From Selaginella moellendorffii (lineage: Eukaryota; Plantae; Lycopodiophyta): DNA of 64,000 nucleotides. This document shows positions 12,713 through 24,100 of this stretch, in pieces. The notes beneath the pieces were generated by a model. That model saw nothing but the letters and a program-made list of their open reading frames with translations, made no database searches and was not told the DNA's origin. The translations under genes were made by a program, and so were the position numbers. Every line of letters starts with the position of its first letter. Position 1 is the first letter of the stretch. The stretch spans positions 468,184-532,183 of the forward strand of contig NW_003314272.1 in the NCBI RefSeq assembly GCF_000143415.4, given 5' to 3'.

Positions 12713-13169
12713 TGAACTCTTTATCATTTTAGTCATGCTTTCGGGGATTCTTTAGCCTTCGACACCTTGGGGAGTTGGTTCCTTACACTTATCTAATTAA
12801 CTTACAGTTAATTCCTTACACTTAAAGGGAGAGAAATAAAGTGCACTACAGCCACATTGTCACTGATCAAAGAGTATGTCACTTAAAGTTGTTGATATTG
12901 CTTCATTAGATTAAGTTTTTAGTGATATATATAATCATATTAGTGTTGTGCCTATTCTTAATATTCTGCCATCTCTTATTGATGTGGAGCGTGATTGTGA
13001 CATCAATTAGAGAGCTATGAATGATGTAATTTGGTTCTTAAAGAATGTTCAAGGATCAAGTTAATGGGAAGATGATGTTTATGAACTCAAATGAATTCTA
13101 AATTGTGATTATAAGCTTGATTATTATAAAGATAACTTTGGAGATGAGATGGAGAGTTTGTAGGGTAGG

Positions 13170-14035
13170 TGTTAGTCTTTCAATCTACCATCTAATCCTT
13201 TCCTAACTTTTTATTATTTCTTGGCCTGAGCCACTTTCTCATGTTCCTAGTGTTCTTTCCTCATTTACAATATTTTTTTCTCTTAGCACATAGATCATTT
13301 GTGACTCTTATGATTTTCATTCTTAATCTGTTGTTGAATTAAGTGTCTTTTATGCTCGTCATACTAGTTTAAATAGTGAGTATGTATGTGAAGTTGAGAA
13401 TTTTACTTTTATTTCTTTGGTAGAGTCTTTGATCAATTCTGGTGTTGAGTATTCCCCTATTTGAAAGGGTTAAATCACTTTGGCTAGAGTTTCGGGTTGA
13501 GTGTGTATCCCTAGTTGTAAGTGCCATTGAGAGTTTTTGTTTTATCATTGTTGCTGAGGAGTTTATATTGTTTTTTTTTTTTTAGTGTGTGAACTTTTCT
13601 ATTGATTTTTCTACTCAAGTGTTGAGTTGTATATTAAGGAGGTTGAGCAGTGTGAATCTTTTACATATATTGTGGTGGTTGAAGTATTTTGTCATAGCAT
13701 ATCCTCTGTTCTCTAGGTTTTAAGCACAGTTCCTTTTTTTCTCCCTATTTCTATTTTGACAATTGTTGAAAATTCCTCTTTTGATATTTCTTTATCCACT
13801 TTTTCTTCTTCCACAATTTTTCTTGCTTTCTCCTCTTTGCCTTGACACTATAAACTTTATTTTCTTCAAAGAAGGGGGGAAAAGAGGACAAATGGGAGTC
13901 TAGCCCTAGCAATGGAGTGAGGATAAGTATAACAAGTTTAAATGGAACATTCGACTCTAATGTAGTGAGGCTAAACAAATGCAATAATGGAGTGAGGCTA
14001 AACATAGATAGCAGAATGAAGACGAGTCTAAATAA
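13170..14035 (+). repeat. Left arm of a long degenerate inverted repeat (partner: 27015-27707 + 33272-33450)
   Basis: E.g. 13420-13470 TAGAGTCTTTGATCAATTCTGGTGTTGA matches the reverse complement of ~27590-27620; 13200-13330 matches the reverse complement of 33270-33400. Confidence 0.75.
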
Positions 14036-15330
14036 AGCTGGTGCTTCAAAAAAAAATTCCTTCAAGAAGGGGATAGAGAGGATATAAAAAACAAACGAAG
14101 TGAGTCAAATTGTTAAATAAGGATGAAGGTTGTGAGTTTGAGTTAATATAAGTCTCAAATATTGACTAAAGGGAAGATGTAAAGGCAAGATCTAATTATA
14201 ATAATATGTCTAAGTTAATTGTAGTCTCAGACGATCGTCAATAAACAAACTTAGAGATAGAATGTAATATTTACTACAATAGTGTTTTTTGGACTATAAT
14301 GGCTCCCACAGTCCCTTGTTTTAGATCAAAGTTATGGCTTTGAGATTGATTTGAGCATTATGTAGCTATATATAGAGTTGCAATTGGTTCATCATTCAAT
14401 GTTTATACCATGTTTTAGTCATAGTTGTTAGCAATTTGTGGGAGCTTAAAATTCTCGCAGTATTTTTGCAACAATAATAAATCTTGTCTCTAAGTCTACT
14501 TGTTGACAATCCTCTAAGATCACTATCTCACTACCATAAGTAAATCTTGCATTTATGTCTTCCCTTTAGTCAATATTTGAAAACCGTGCTAACTCAGATT
14601 CATCTTCTTTTTCCTTATCTAACACCTCACATAAGAAGACAAATTCACTTCATTCATATTCCACATCCTCCTTATCTCCTCCTTGAAGGAAAAAAATGTT
14701 CTAAAGCACTAGTTAAGCTCTATTTCGTTAAAGTGGGATTTATTCAGTAAAATGGGACTAGGTACAAATTTTCAAGTATTTGAAAATGACGTGAAATTAT
14801 ATGTTTTTTGTCCAGGGGCTAGACATATCTGGGGCATGGTGACTAGCGCGGTGACTTTGTGTCCAGACTGAGTCCATCTGGTTGTATAATAAATCTTATT
14901 GTCAAGGTGAACAAGCCAAATCTGAAGCTAAAGAAGAGCGATGGCATGCGTGCACACATTATTTGTTTGTTCATTGAGCGTGTGGTGAGCTTTCCAAGAT
15001 GAACGTCATTCCTATTAGCCAGACATATAACTTAATGGTGAGAACATTTAGATATTATTCAATGTTATCTTATTCTAATGAATCTAATTGTGAAGGTGTA
15101 GCAAGAGGCATTGCTAGTCTGGAGAAGTCATTTAACTCATTTGACCCTTAGTGTATTTTCATGAAACTAAATAACATTCATATTATTAAGGAATTTCTCT
15201 AGTACCTTTTTTTTACGACATAGAGGCTTGCATTTCTTTCAAAGGTGATTTAGTAAAAGGCCTGAGGGCACATGCCATTCTATTTCTCAGACCGGTATTA
15301 AGATATACTAGTGCAAAGGGCCACATGCCA

Positions 15331-18300
15331 TCACGCCTCCTCTGATTCAGATTCAGATTGTTCACCTTGAAATAAAATACATTAGAAACTTAGTAAAGGA
15401 ATATTAATGAATCTCACCTTGAACCCGGGTTATGAATGCTCTTGCTGCATCTCTTGCATGGTCTGGCAAGGTGATGGTGGCACTCTGCTTCCGCATCCAA
15501 CCATGCACAACATTATCCACCGATATGCTCATGCTGGGATCCCTTGGATTCAGCACCCATCTCTTTTCTAGGCAATCCTTCGTATATCCGGAACTTGGCT
15601 TGAACCACTCCACAGTTACATTGAAGGAGTTAGTTTCCGCGTCCTCCTCTGCATCAATGATGCAGCGCCCCACCCATATCATTTGTTTTTTATTACTGGG
15701 TCTGACAAGCACGACCATTCCTTTGCAGACCTGTACTGGATTGAATGCTGAATCCGGCTTCTTGTTCCTCGGCCCACAATAGTGATCCTCAACATCGTTA
15801 TCTGTCACTGCATTTCCAGAGGACATTGTTCCGCTACTATCTGGTGCTCTGGGTTCTGGCCAAAAGGACTCTTCCAATTCTTCATATACACTCGGCCCAT
15901 TTTGGATAGCAGATATAATCTTCTCCCAGTATTCGAGCAAAGGCTTGCACCTCTTAAAATAGGATTCTCCACCAAACACCAACCCCCTCTTCCAGAAGGC
16001 AATATGCTGTCTAATCCCGGCCACTATACTTTTCTGGTCTTTGAGTCCATCCGGGTGCATCGGCCGTGGGGAACCCTGAGGAATCATAGGTTCCTCAGTT
16101 ATGGGATCTCTCTTGAAGAGTTCAATGCCATCCACTGGCAGCCACACTATGTCCCATTCTCTCATCTTGTACCTCATCACTGGAGCACCGTCACGCATGC
16201 TGAAATGAAACTAAAGAGGCTTGGAGTGGCCAATCAGCGTTTCGAATCCGTCCCTGATGTAGCCTCTTACAAACCCCTTAAAGTCTGGAACCTCTGTCAC
16301 AAATGCAGCTTCAACAGTGCCTTTGATGTAATTTTGGAATTCATCGTAGAGTTGTGGGAGGGTGAGGACATTGGATCGCCGGAGGGACTCTGCCAGGTGA
16401 CTGAACATGGCATCGACGTCTTCATGAGTGTGCCCAACCATGAGAAAGCCAAGTGTAACCGTTTCAAATATGCCTTTGGCAACAAGCATCGCCAAGTACG
16501 CGAAGACATACATGTTTTTGTTCTCACTGCCAGCATTGTCTGTTTGGAGCAGAAGATGGGGTGGAAGGCCACATCGGCCGCAAGAACTTCCTTGAGATTC
16601 TGCTTCGTTTGGATGAGGCTGTGCATTCACCGGGCGACCAGCCTCGTCGGAATGGCATGAGGCCTCACGTGATAACCCTACAATCTGACGGCCAACATAT
16701 TCACTGGGATGGCATGGGGCCCCACGCGATACTGCAAGCCTTTGCTCCTCCTCTAGCTGAAACCTGTATGGGGTTCGATCGACAAGGGCCTTATGCAAGG
16801 GTTGGCCGTTCAGCTCAGTCTGCGCACTTTGCAGAGACCTTAAGTGTTTTGCTAGGGACGCAATCATCATGTTTGCACCCCCGCCACCCCATAGAGGTAC
16901 AAAGAAGTTCCCATAATTCTGGGCACCATGCCCATGAGCGATTATGCCAAACAGAGACACAGGCAGCTGCATGGATGAAGAGATTGCCTTGGGGGCAAGA
17001 TTGAGTCGAGGTAAGCACGTCTTTTTCTGGTCCATTTTGTCGTGGATGATGCAGAAGTAAGAGTCAGGTCTCTCCATGGAGAGAATCCTGTTATGATAAT
17101 ATGCAGTCCTGCAGCTTCTCTGCTCGATGTTGTGGTCGAGCCGCCTTCTAACCAACGTCTCTCGCTCTTGAGCGCTGCAAGAATTCTTCGACAAAGCCAT
17201 TTTGATAGCAATGCACTCGTCACACTTTGAAAAGCTGGAGTACTTTCCTATACTCACATCCCTGAACCTGTTGCTCCACAATCTACTAAATCTAGATTGG
17301 CTCAGCTTCCTGTAGCCATTACTCTGGAGTTCCCGATTCACATCTTCCAATATGGCCCCCTTGGTATACATGGAAGGGAGAACTCGTTGGGTGTCTCGTG
17401 TTCCATCTTCCAAGAGGCAGGTTTTATGTGGTTGCTGCTTGCTACATGTGTCGACAAACCTCTTGAAGATTGCCTCTCCATATACAACATGATCCCTGGT
17501 TTTGTGCGTACCGTCGTTCCCATGGACTGCCTGTTGAACCCTTTGTTCCTCGAACTCAGTTTTGATTCTGTAGAATGTGCTTCGAGGGACTCCATAAATG
17601 ATTCTCCATGCCTTCATGCAGACCAAACCCCTCTGGAAGACCATGCCCCCCACCTGATGTTCTGAAGCATCAACAGATGACCGTAATGCCTCATACACAA
17701 AATTGCGAGCTACCTTCCAGGACAATGTCTTGTATCTTGCTCTCTCCTCTTCAATAGCATCCCAATTAGCATGTTGACAGCACCTCCTCTTGCAACAAGC
17801 AACTGTCGAGACCATTCGAACCTCCATCGCCATTTTCTGCCTTTTCGGTTCGTTGCTCAGATCCCTTTGGCTGCGCTGTAGGAAGGTGTACTTTCTTTTC
17901 CCATGAAGAGATGTTCTGTCATCAGTTGTAGTGGTGTTTGATTGTGAATCCTTCACATTCTCAAACACTAAATGCCTCAATTTCCACTGCACAATGCTTC
18001 CAATAGTCAGACTGTTTTCTTCTGTGTCAACAACCTCTAAAATCGCAACTCCAATATCATCCCAGCCCAATTCTTGATTAGCAACCGCATCTCTTGGATC
18101 GACAACTGTGGCTAAGCCCTCAGCTACCACCTCCCCCTCGGGGTTGTTTAGAAACACCTTTGCCTGAATCCATGTAGCACGGTTCTTAAGATCCACGGAG
18201 GGAACATGCGTCGCACTTGCGCTGTCCCCAACATCTGCTTTCTTCTGCAGATTTTTCAAGGCAACAACAACATTTACCCCGACGACCATCTCTCCTCGTT

Positions 18301-18472
18301 CAATAGTGACCACATTCCCATCGAAGACAGTCTCTACTGATACAGCAGCATTGCCTTCCCCAAGCCTTTGACAGTGTATAACAAAGTTCCAATCTATAGA
18401 CACAAGGGTCCCTTTTGCAACTCTCTTCCCACCATTCAAAATGTAAACCTTTTCCCCAACCCTGAAGGCCAT
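15331..18472 (-). pseudogene. Sola-like DDD transposase (~1030 aa) with one premature TAG
   Basis: ORFs 16211..18472 and 15404..16198 are in frame across a single TAG (GHSKPL*FHFSMRD). Cys clusters CCKRRCC, VCMKAW, KCDEC; catalytic-type motifs IIHDKMDQ, QTDNAGSENKN, FLMVGHTHEDVDAMFS. Predicted final intron 15366-15417, last exon ends EQSESESEEA*. Confidence 0.8.
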
Positions 18473-18829
18473 TCTGAAAGTGCAGAAAAGAAGTTAAGAC
18501 CATACAAAAAATGATTGGAGAATGGCCTAAATCATAACATACCAAATAGCATGAGGCCACATGCCATTATTCAAACATGCTATTGACACCCACGTGAAAT
18601 TTCGCATTCACAAAATTGGCATGAGGCCTCATGCCATCTTGATATACACACAGCTGCAGGCAAGTAAAAACATACATGACAATACGCTAGCCATGAAATT
18701 GCAAGGGCCCAAGATGGCATGTGGCCTCATGCCATTTCTAAATGTGGTCCTAAACCATTCCATGGTGAACATACCAGGAAGCACAAGTGCCGAATATCAA
18801 GAGGAAGCGGTAGCCACACCAAAGACAGT

Positions 18830-18899
18830 GCCGCTCGCAACACCGCAACTACTCGTAGCGCCACTCGCAACACCGCAACTGCTCGTAGCGCCGCTCGCA
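18830..18899. repeat. 30-bp tandem repeat (2.3 copies) upstream of the transposase
   Basis: GCCRCTCGCAACACCGCAACTRCTCGTAGC x2 plus a partial copy. Confidence 0.85.
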
Positions 18900-19716
18900 C
18901 AAACTGCCACTCGCATAAACTGCCGCTCGCAATGGCGCTTGCAATGCCGCAACCGCTTGTAGATGCATAAACCACAGCTCACAATGCCGCTTACACAAGC
19001 AGCGCTCACTGCGCTCAGCGGAACCAAGAACACGGCGCACAAAAATGATAGACCTAGGAATGAGTTCGAGAATTCAAAAATAACACACGCTTGAACGTCA
19101 CATCAAATCCTCTGACAAACTAGATCTTATGATTCCTCTGACAAATTTCAAACTGAGTACCTTCTAGACTTTGCTGTCGGAGGTTGAACTTTGTCACATC
19201 ATGTCCTTGCCTCGATCCAGCTGTGCCATGTCAGTGATTCGAACTTTGCCATGCCATGTCAGCGATCCGCGCCAAGATTATTCGCTGTGTAAAGGAATAA
19301 TTATGCTGTGTGTGTGCCATTCAAAGAATAATGCTAGTCGAGCATTTTTTGGTGCATTTTTGGGTTCAAAATTGCATGAGCCCACACGCTATAAAGTTTA
19401 CCTATACCAAAAATAGAAACAGCTTTATTTACTTGGGAATTTAAGTGGTTGAGGCATTTTTAAACTTACAAACACATGCCCTACTTACATTCCTTTGGTT
19501 GCTTAAAATTCAAAAATATTATAAACCTTTCTTTTTGCATTTTCAATGTTTTCAATTATGGTTTTTGATTTTTGCAGGACCAGCCTAGTAATCTATTTGC
19601 ATCCCGTCATGTTTATAGCTATCTTTCGTTTGTCCTGAGATACATCTGCTCGGCATCTGCCTCTTACAGCATTTGCCCAGAAAGGGCATCTTTCTTCACG
19701 CAGCATTTGCCACATG

Positions 19717-19741
19717 TTTAGGGTTAGGGTTTAGGGTTTAG
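19717..19741 (+). repeat. Interstitial telomere-type repeats / telo-box (TTTAGGG TTAGGG TTTAGGG TTTAG)
   Basis: Directly visible between the two divergent transposon genes. Confidence 0.7.
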
Positions 19742-21194
19742 CAATTCAGTAACTTGATAAACATGCAAATACAGAACTTGATGCAAAATCCTTTGATATG
19801 TCACAATGCACCTAGGACGATAAACACATTTCAATAGAGAGGGTCCTTTCATTTCATAACTCTTTACGTAGATCTTGGTGAAACCAGAGTTAGTGAAGTT
19901 GGTTTCTTGTGATCCCGCATCTGATTGTGATGTCCCTTTGCAGTGTCAATGGAAAGGTCAATGCACACCAAACAATAGAATCTTGGAGCAAAATAACGGT
20001 CGGATCTATGGCAAATGCCCCTGAAACATTGTAAGGCTCGTGTGGTCTCATGTGGTGTCCGATCGAGATGCTTCTTTGCAGGGTCATCAAGAAGGACATT
20101 GTATACCATTCTGTAAAATCTAGTTGCGATCTAACGGTTGGATCTCCAGGAAACTCAAAACAATCTCGCGCGTGTCAGAATATTCTAGGAATATACTCCT
20201 ATGTGCTCCTGAAAATGGCATGCGGCCCCACGCCATTCAAGAGATAACGCCAGATGACGCTGAGCATTTTTTGGTGCATTTTTTGGGATCAAAATTGCAT
20301 GAGCCCACACGCTTGAACGTCACATCAAATCCTCTGACAATTTATTTAGCTGAACATCTAGCATTTTTGGAAATACAAGATGCTTTGGAATATCCAATCA
20401 TGCATGGTATAAATATAGCGAGGGTATTAAATGATATCCCAATCATGATCTTTCTGTTGGATTTCGCGTGCATGCAGTCCAAGGAATTGCGGATTTCTTT
20501 TGGATTTCACGCATGCGCGCGCCGATCCAGAAATTAATGGTGGCGCCTAAGTCCGAGGAATGATGACGTGGCGGGATTACCAACCGTCGTGACATTTCGC
20601 GCGTGTGAGGTTAGGTTTTGCATTTTGCTTCGTACTCGCGCTCGCACACTCGCGCTCGCATCACGCTCCCACTTCTCTACAGGTTTCTCGTGTGCATCGG
20701 CGTCCACTTGCGCTTGCATCACACTCGCGCTCGTGTGCATCGGCGTCCACTCCAAGACACACCCAGTTTGTAACTTTGCCGCCAACTCCGCCGCCCACTC
20801 CGCCACCCACACGCAGCCCACTTGGCGTCCCGGGAGATTTCAGCGCCACTCTCCAACTGTAAGTGGCAAAGTAGCCTTGCTGCTATGATCCGCTGCACAC
20901 ACAGTGCACATTCGCCAACGAGTCCGGTTGTCACGCCTCCATTCGGCTTCAAATGGTAAGTCTTTTAGGCCAAGTAGAAAATGGCATGAGGCCATATGCC
21001 ATTTAGTAGCAACATTGGCATGCACCGATTGGGCTCTCGAGTGCAGTCCGGTTACAGATGGCGTGTAGCCTCACGCCATCTTAGGATGCAGCCTCAAGAC
21101 ATCTGATGCAGTGGTGAATGGCGTGTGGCCTCACGTTATTTCCAGCTGCTAGCTTTTCATCTGTCAGCTCTAATTGTTGTGCATTTCTGAATAG

Positions 21195-24100
21195 GCGAGG
21201 AATTGCGTTCTTCTTCCAGCCACTGTCAATGTGGATGTAGAGAAGGGGGAGGAGTTCACTAGTTGGACTTTCGGGATGGAAGGCGAGGATCTGAGGCTGT
21301 ACAACACAGATGGTGGGAGAAAAGAATGCATGGGGATCCTCATCCAAGTGACAGACACTCCATGCAGTTCCATGCAAGAATATGGACTGGCACTTGTGGT
21401 AGAGACAGCGTCTGCCTTCAAGATCCACCTTGCACATCCTAGCGGCTTCCCGGAGGGGGGCAGCGGCTATGAGGAATTCCTAGAGGGAGCCAGGGAGAGG
21501 TTGTCCAGGAGGCCCACAATTTCAAAGATGCTGCGGGTCTATGAAGATCACATGGAATCCACGGACCTCACCTACGGCGATGTTCAAAAACTATATTCCA
21601 ACATTGAGCCGTTGAGAGTGCCTCCAGTTCGCGAAGCGAAGGGGAAGGGGGTCGATCTGGAAACTACCCCGAAGCAAAAAAGGGTGGTCAAGCTCAAGCT
21701 GACGTCCAGCTCTCCTCCAAAAAAGAAGCTACTCGGTGATGCCATTGCCTCGGGTTCGAACACTACACCCACCAAAAAGAAGAGCCGCAAAGAGCAGAAA
21801 GAGCAAGAAGAGGCAGCAAAAATCGTCGCAGATAATAGTACTTGTTACTATTCCAACAAAGTATATACAATCGACGTGAGCCGTATCGACATCCAAAGCA
21901 AATACAACCACAGGCTAGTATCTGATGAGTGGGTGGAGAAACTGAAGCAGAAGATGCTGGCAAGTCCAGTAACACCCGACATCACAGACGTGATCCCCTA
22001 CTACCGAAAAATGAAGGGCGAGACGAGGTTTCTAGACTTGATCAATAGGAAGGTGTTGGACGATCAGAACATCCGGTTCTATGCCGTCTCCGGGCAGCAT
22101 TCTAGCTTGGCGATGCAAGAGATAGTTGTGGATATTATGGTGGGCGAGGAGGTGAAGAAAGTTTTCAAGACAAGAGTTGTCCGCCTGATAAAAGGCAACT
22201 CGCCCCTCCGATCTATCATATACATTTCCCACGCGCAGAATGTCAAGCAAGAAACGTGCTACAAATCGGGTCTGCACGAGACATTGGCACAAACACGGAA
22301 GCTCTGGGTTCAACTGAAGAAGCCACAAAAACCAGGACAAGGACGTGCACTAGCAACTAGCGCCTGGCAGGTAAGCCTCGTTGCATGTGGCCTCACGCCA
22401 TTTCCATTGCAGGAATTCTCGAGTCTTCTCTCAAAAACACTGGGAGTCAATGACACACTCAGCATCCATAACATTCTACTCGCGACAAAAGTTGTTTTTG
22501 ACAAATGGGTAGATGTGCTGAGGAGGTACCATGACGGGGAGTTGCCAAACTCAATGGGTGTGGAGGACGGCCGGAAGCCCAATGATTTGAAGCTCAACGC
22601 CTTGCGTTTCTCGCGGTCTCTAGACGACGACGACCTTTTGACAGTGGCTAATGCTCTTCTACGTGGTGAGGTAGTCTTCAACAAGACCAAAATGACTCCC
22701 GGCCATATTGTGACATACGAGGACTTGTGCACGACTCTGAGAGCTCGTGCGCTATTGAAGGATTGGATCTTCGAGCAAGTGGCCGTGGAGAGGGTGAGCA
22801 TCGACACCACGCAAGAGATGATGGAAGCGCTGGATTTGTCAAATGAAGACATCGACGAGTACGTGAAGGGGGCCCCCAAGTTCATCGATCTGCTGCGGGA
22901 TGCCACGAAAAGTAAAGCTGAGAAGTTGGATTAGTATCCAAATTTCATTAAGATTGATGTCGACCGCCGGCTTCAGAAACAGCTCGACCCCGCAGCAGAG
23001 GCCTATCGAGAACCTTACCGGGTATACTTGAATTCGGATGAGGATCAAAGGTGGAGGAGCATCGTTTCCCGCGGAGATGAGCAGGTCAAGAACATCTTTT
23101 GTGTGATGGACTTCACAAACGAGGAGATCACTCATGCAGACGAAGTCAGCTCCATCATTGACTTAATGGTGGGACTTGCAGAGGTGGAATCTTCAGTCCA
23201 CTATATGATCTACGACTCCGAATCCTATCACAAGTTCTGGAAGGCCTTGAACGAGGTGAAGGCTCGGTTGAAAGGCAAGGAGATGCAGGAAATCCATGGG
23301 ATAATGGCTAAGAAGAAGATACCGACGAATGTCCGCATCTTCACACTCGCCCTTGTTATTGGTCCTGCAGCAGAGTGGGACTGGAGTGACTTCCCAGCTT
23401 CGTTCGACAAGGCCAATCGAATTGATCTGAGGGAGGTCAATTTACCCGTGCCTGAGGAACTGAAGACGGCTATGGAGCTTTCAAATCCAAAGAAAGCTCC
23501 AGGTGCAGCATGGGAAATGCTCAGCTGGGTCTTCAACGCAATAGCGAGTGGGTCACCTGCTTCCGACTCCAAGGGCAAATGCGTTGTCGAGTACAACTGC
23601 GGCGGACTATTCTTTCAAGCCGCACTACTCAAGGGTGTCCCGTGTGTTGCGGTGACAAACTCCATTGAAGAGGTGACTTCAATGGAGCATATAATTACAG
23701 TTGCCAAAGAAAAACAGTATCTTCTCTGCGAACCTGGTGAGTACACACTTTAAGTTTAAATGTTATCTCACAAGCTCTGTATGCAGGAGTGTGGCCACCC
23801 CCAGATGCTGAAACGGCGTTAACAGCTACTGTTGAAGATACCCATGTTGGGCCGAGCTCACAACCTGTACAAGGTAAGGTCACGTGAGGCCTCATGCCAT
23901 TTTGATTATAGATCGTTGTGAATATTCAGACACGAGGACTGAAAAGCACACTGGTGGCGCATCGAAGAAGGACAAACAGACAAGCAATAGGAAAAAAGGA
24001 GGTACAAATTATATTTGCAATGGCGTGTGGTCTCATGCCATTCCTTGCAGGAGACACTTCTTCAAAGGCAAAACAGGCAAGCACCAGCCAAGCTCAAACT

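Noticed and set aside
15343-15361. TGATTCAGATTCAGATTGT resembling the Gypsy PBS
   Set aside because: Explained as the antisense of the EQSESES codons in the last transposase exon.
15782-16660. 292-aa plus-strand ORF and other long antisense ORFs over the transposase, PAP, CWC22 and gag
   Set aside because: Shadow frames of real coding sequence with no recognisable motifs.
16211-22934. In-frame TAG codons as programmed readthrough or U-to-C RNA editing
   Set aside because: Stops of all three types occur, and the equivalent Gypsy stops are sense codons in the sister copy; mutation by deamination is simpler.
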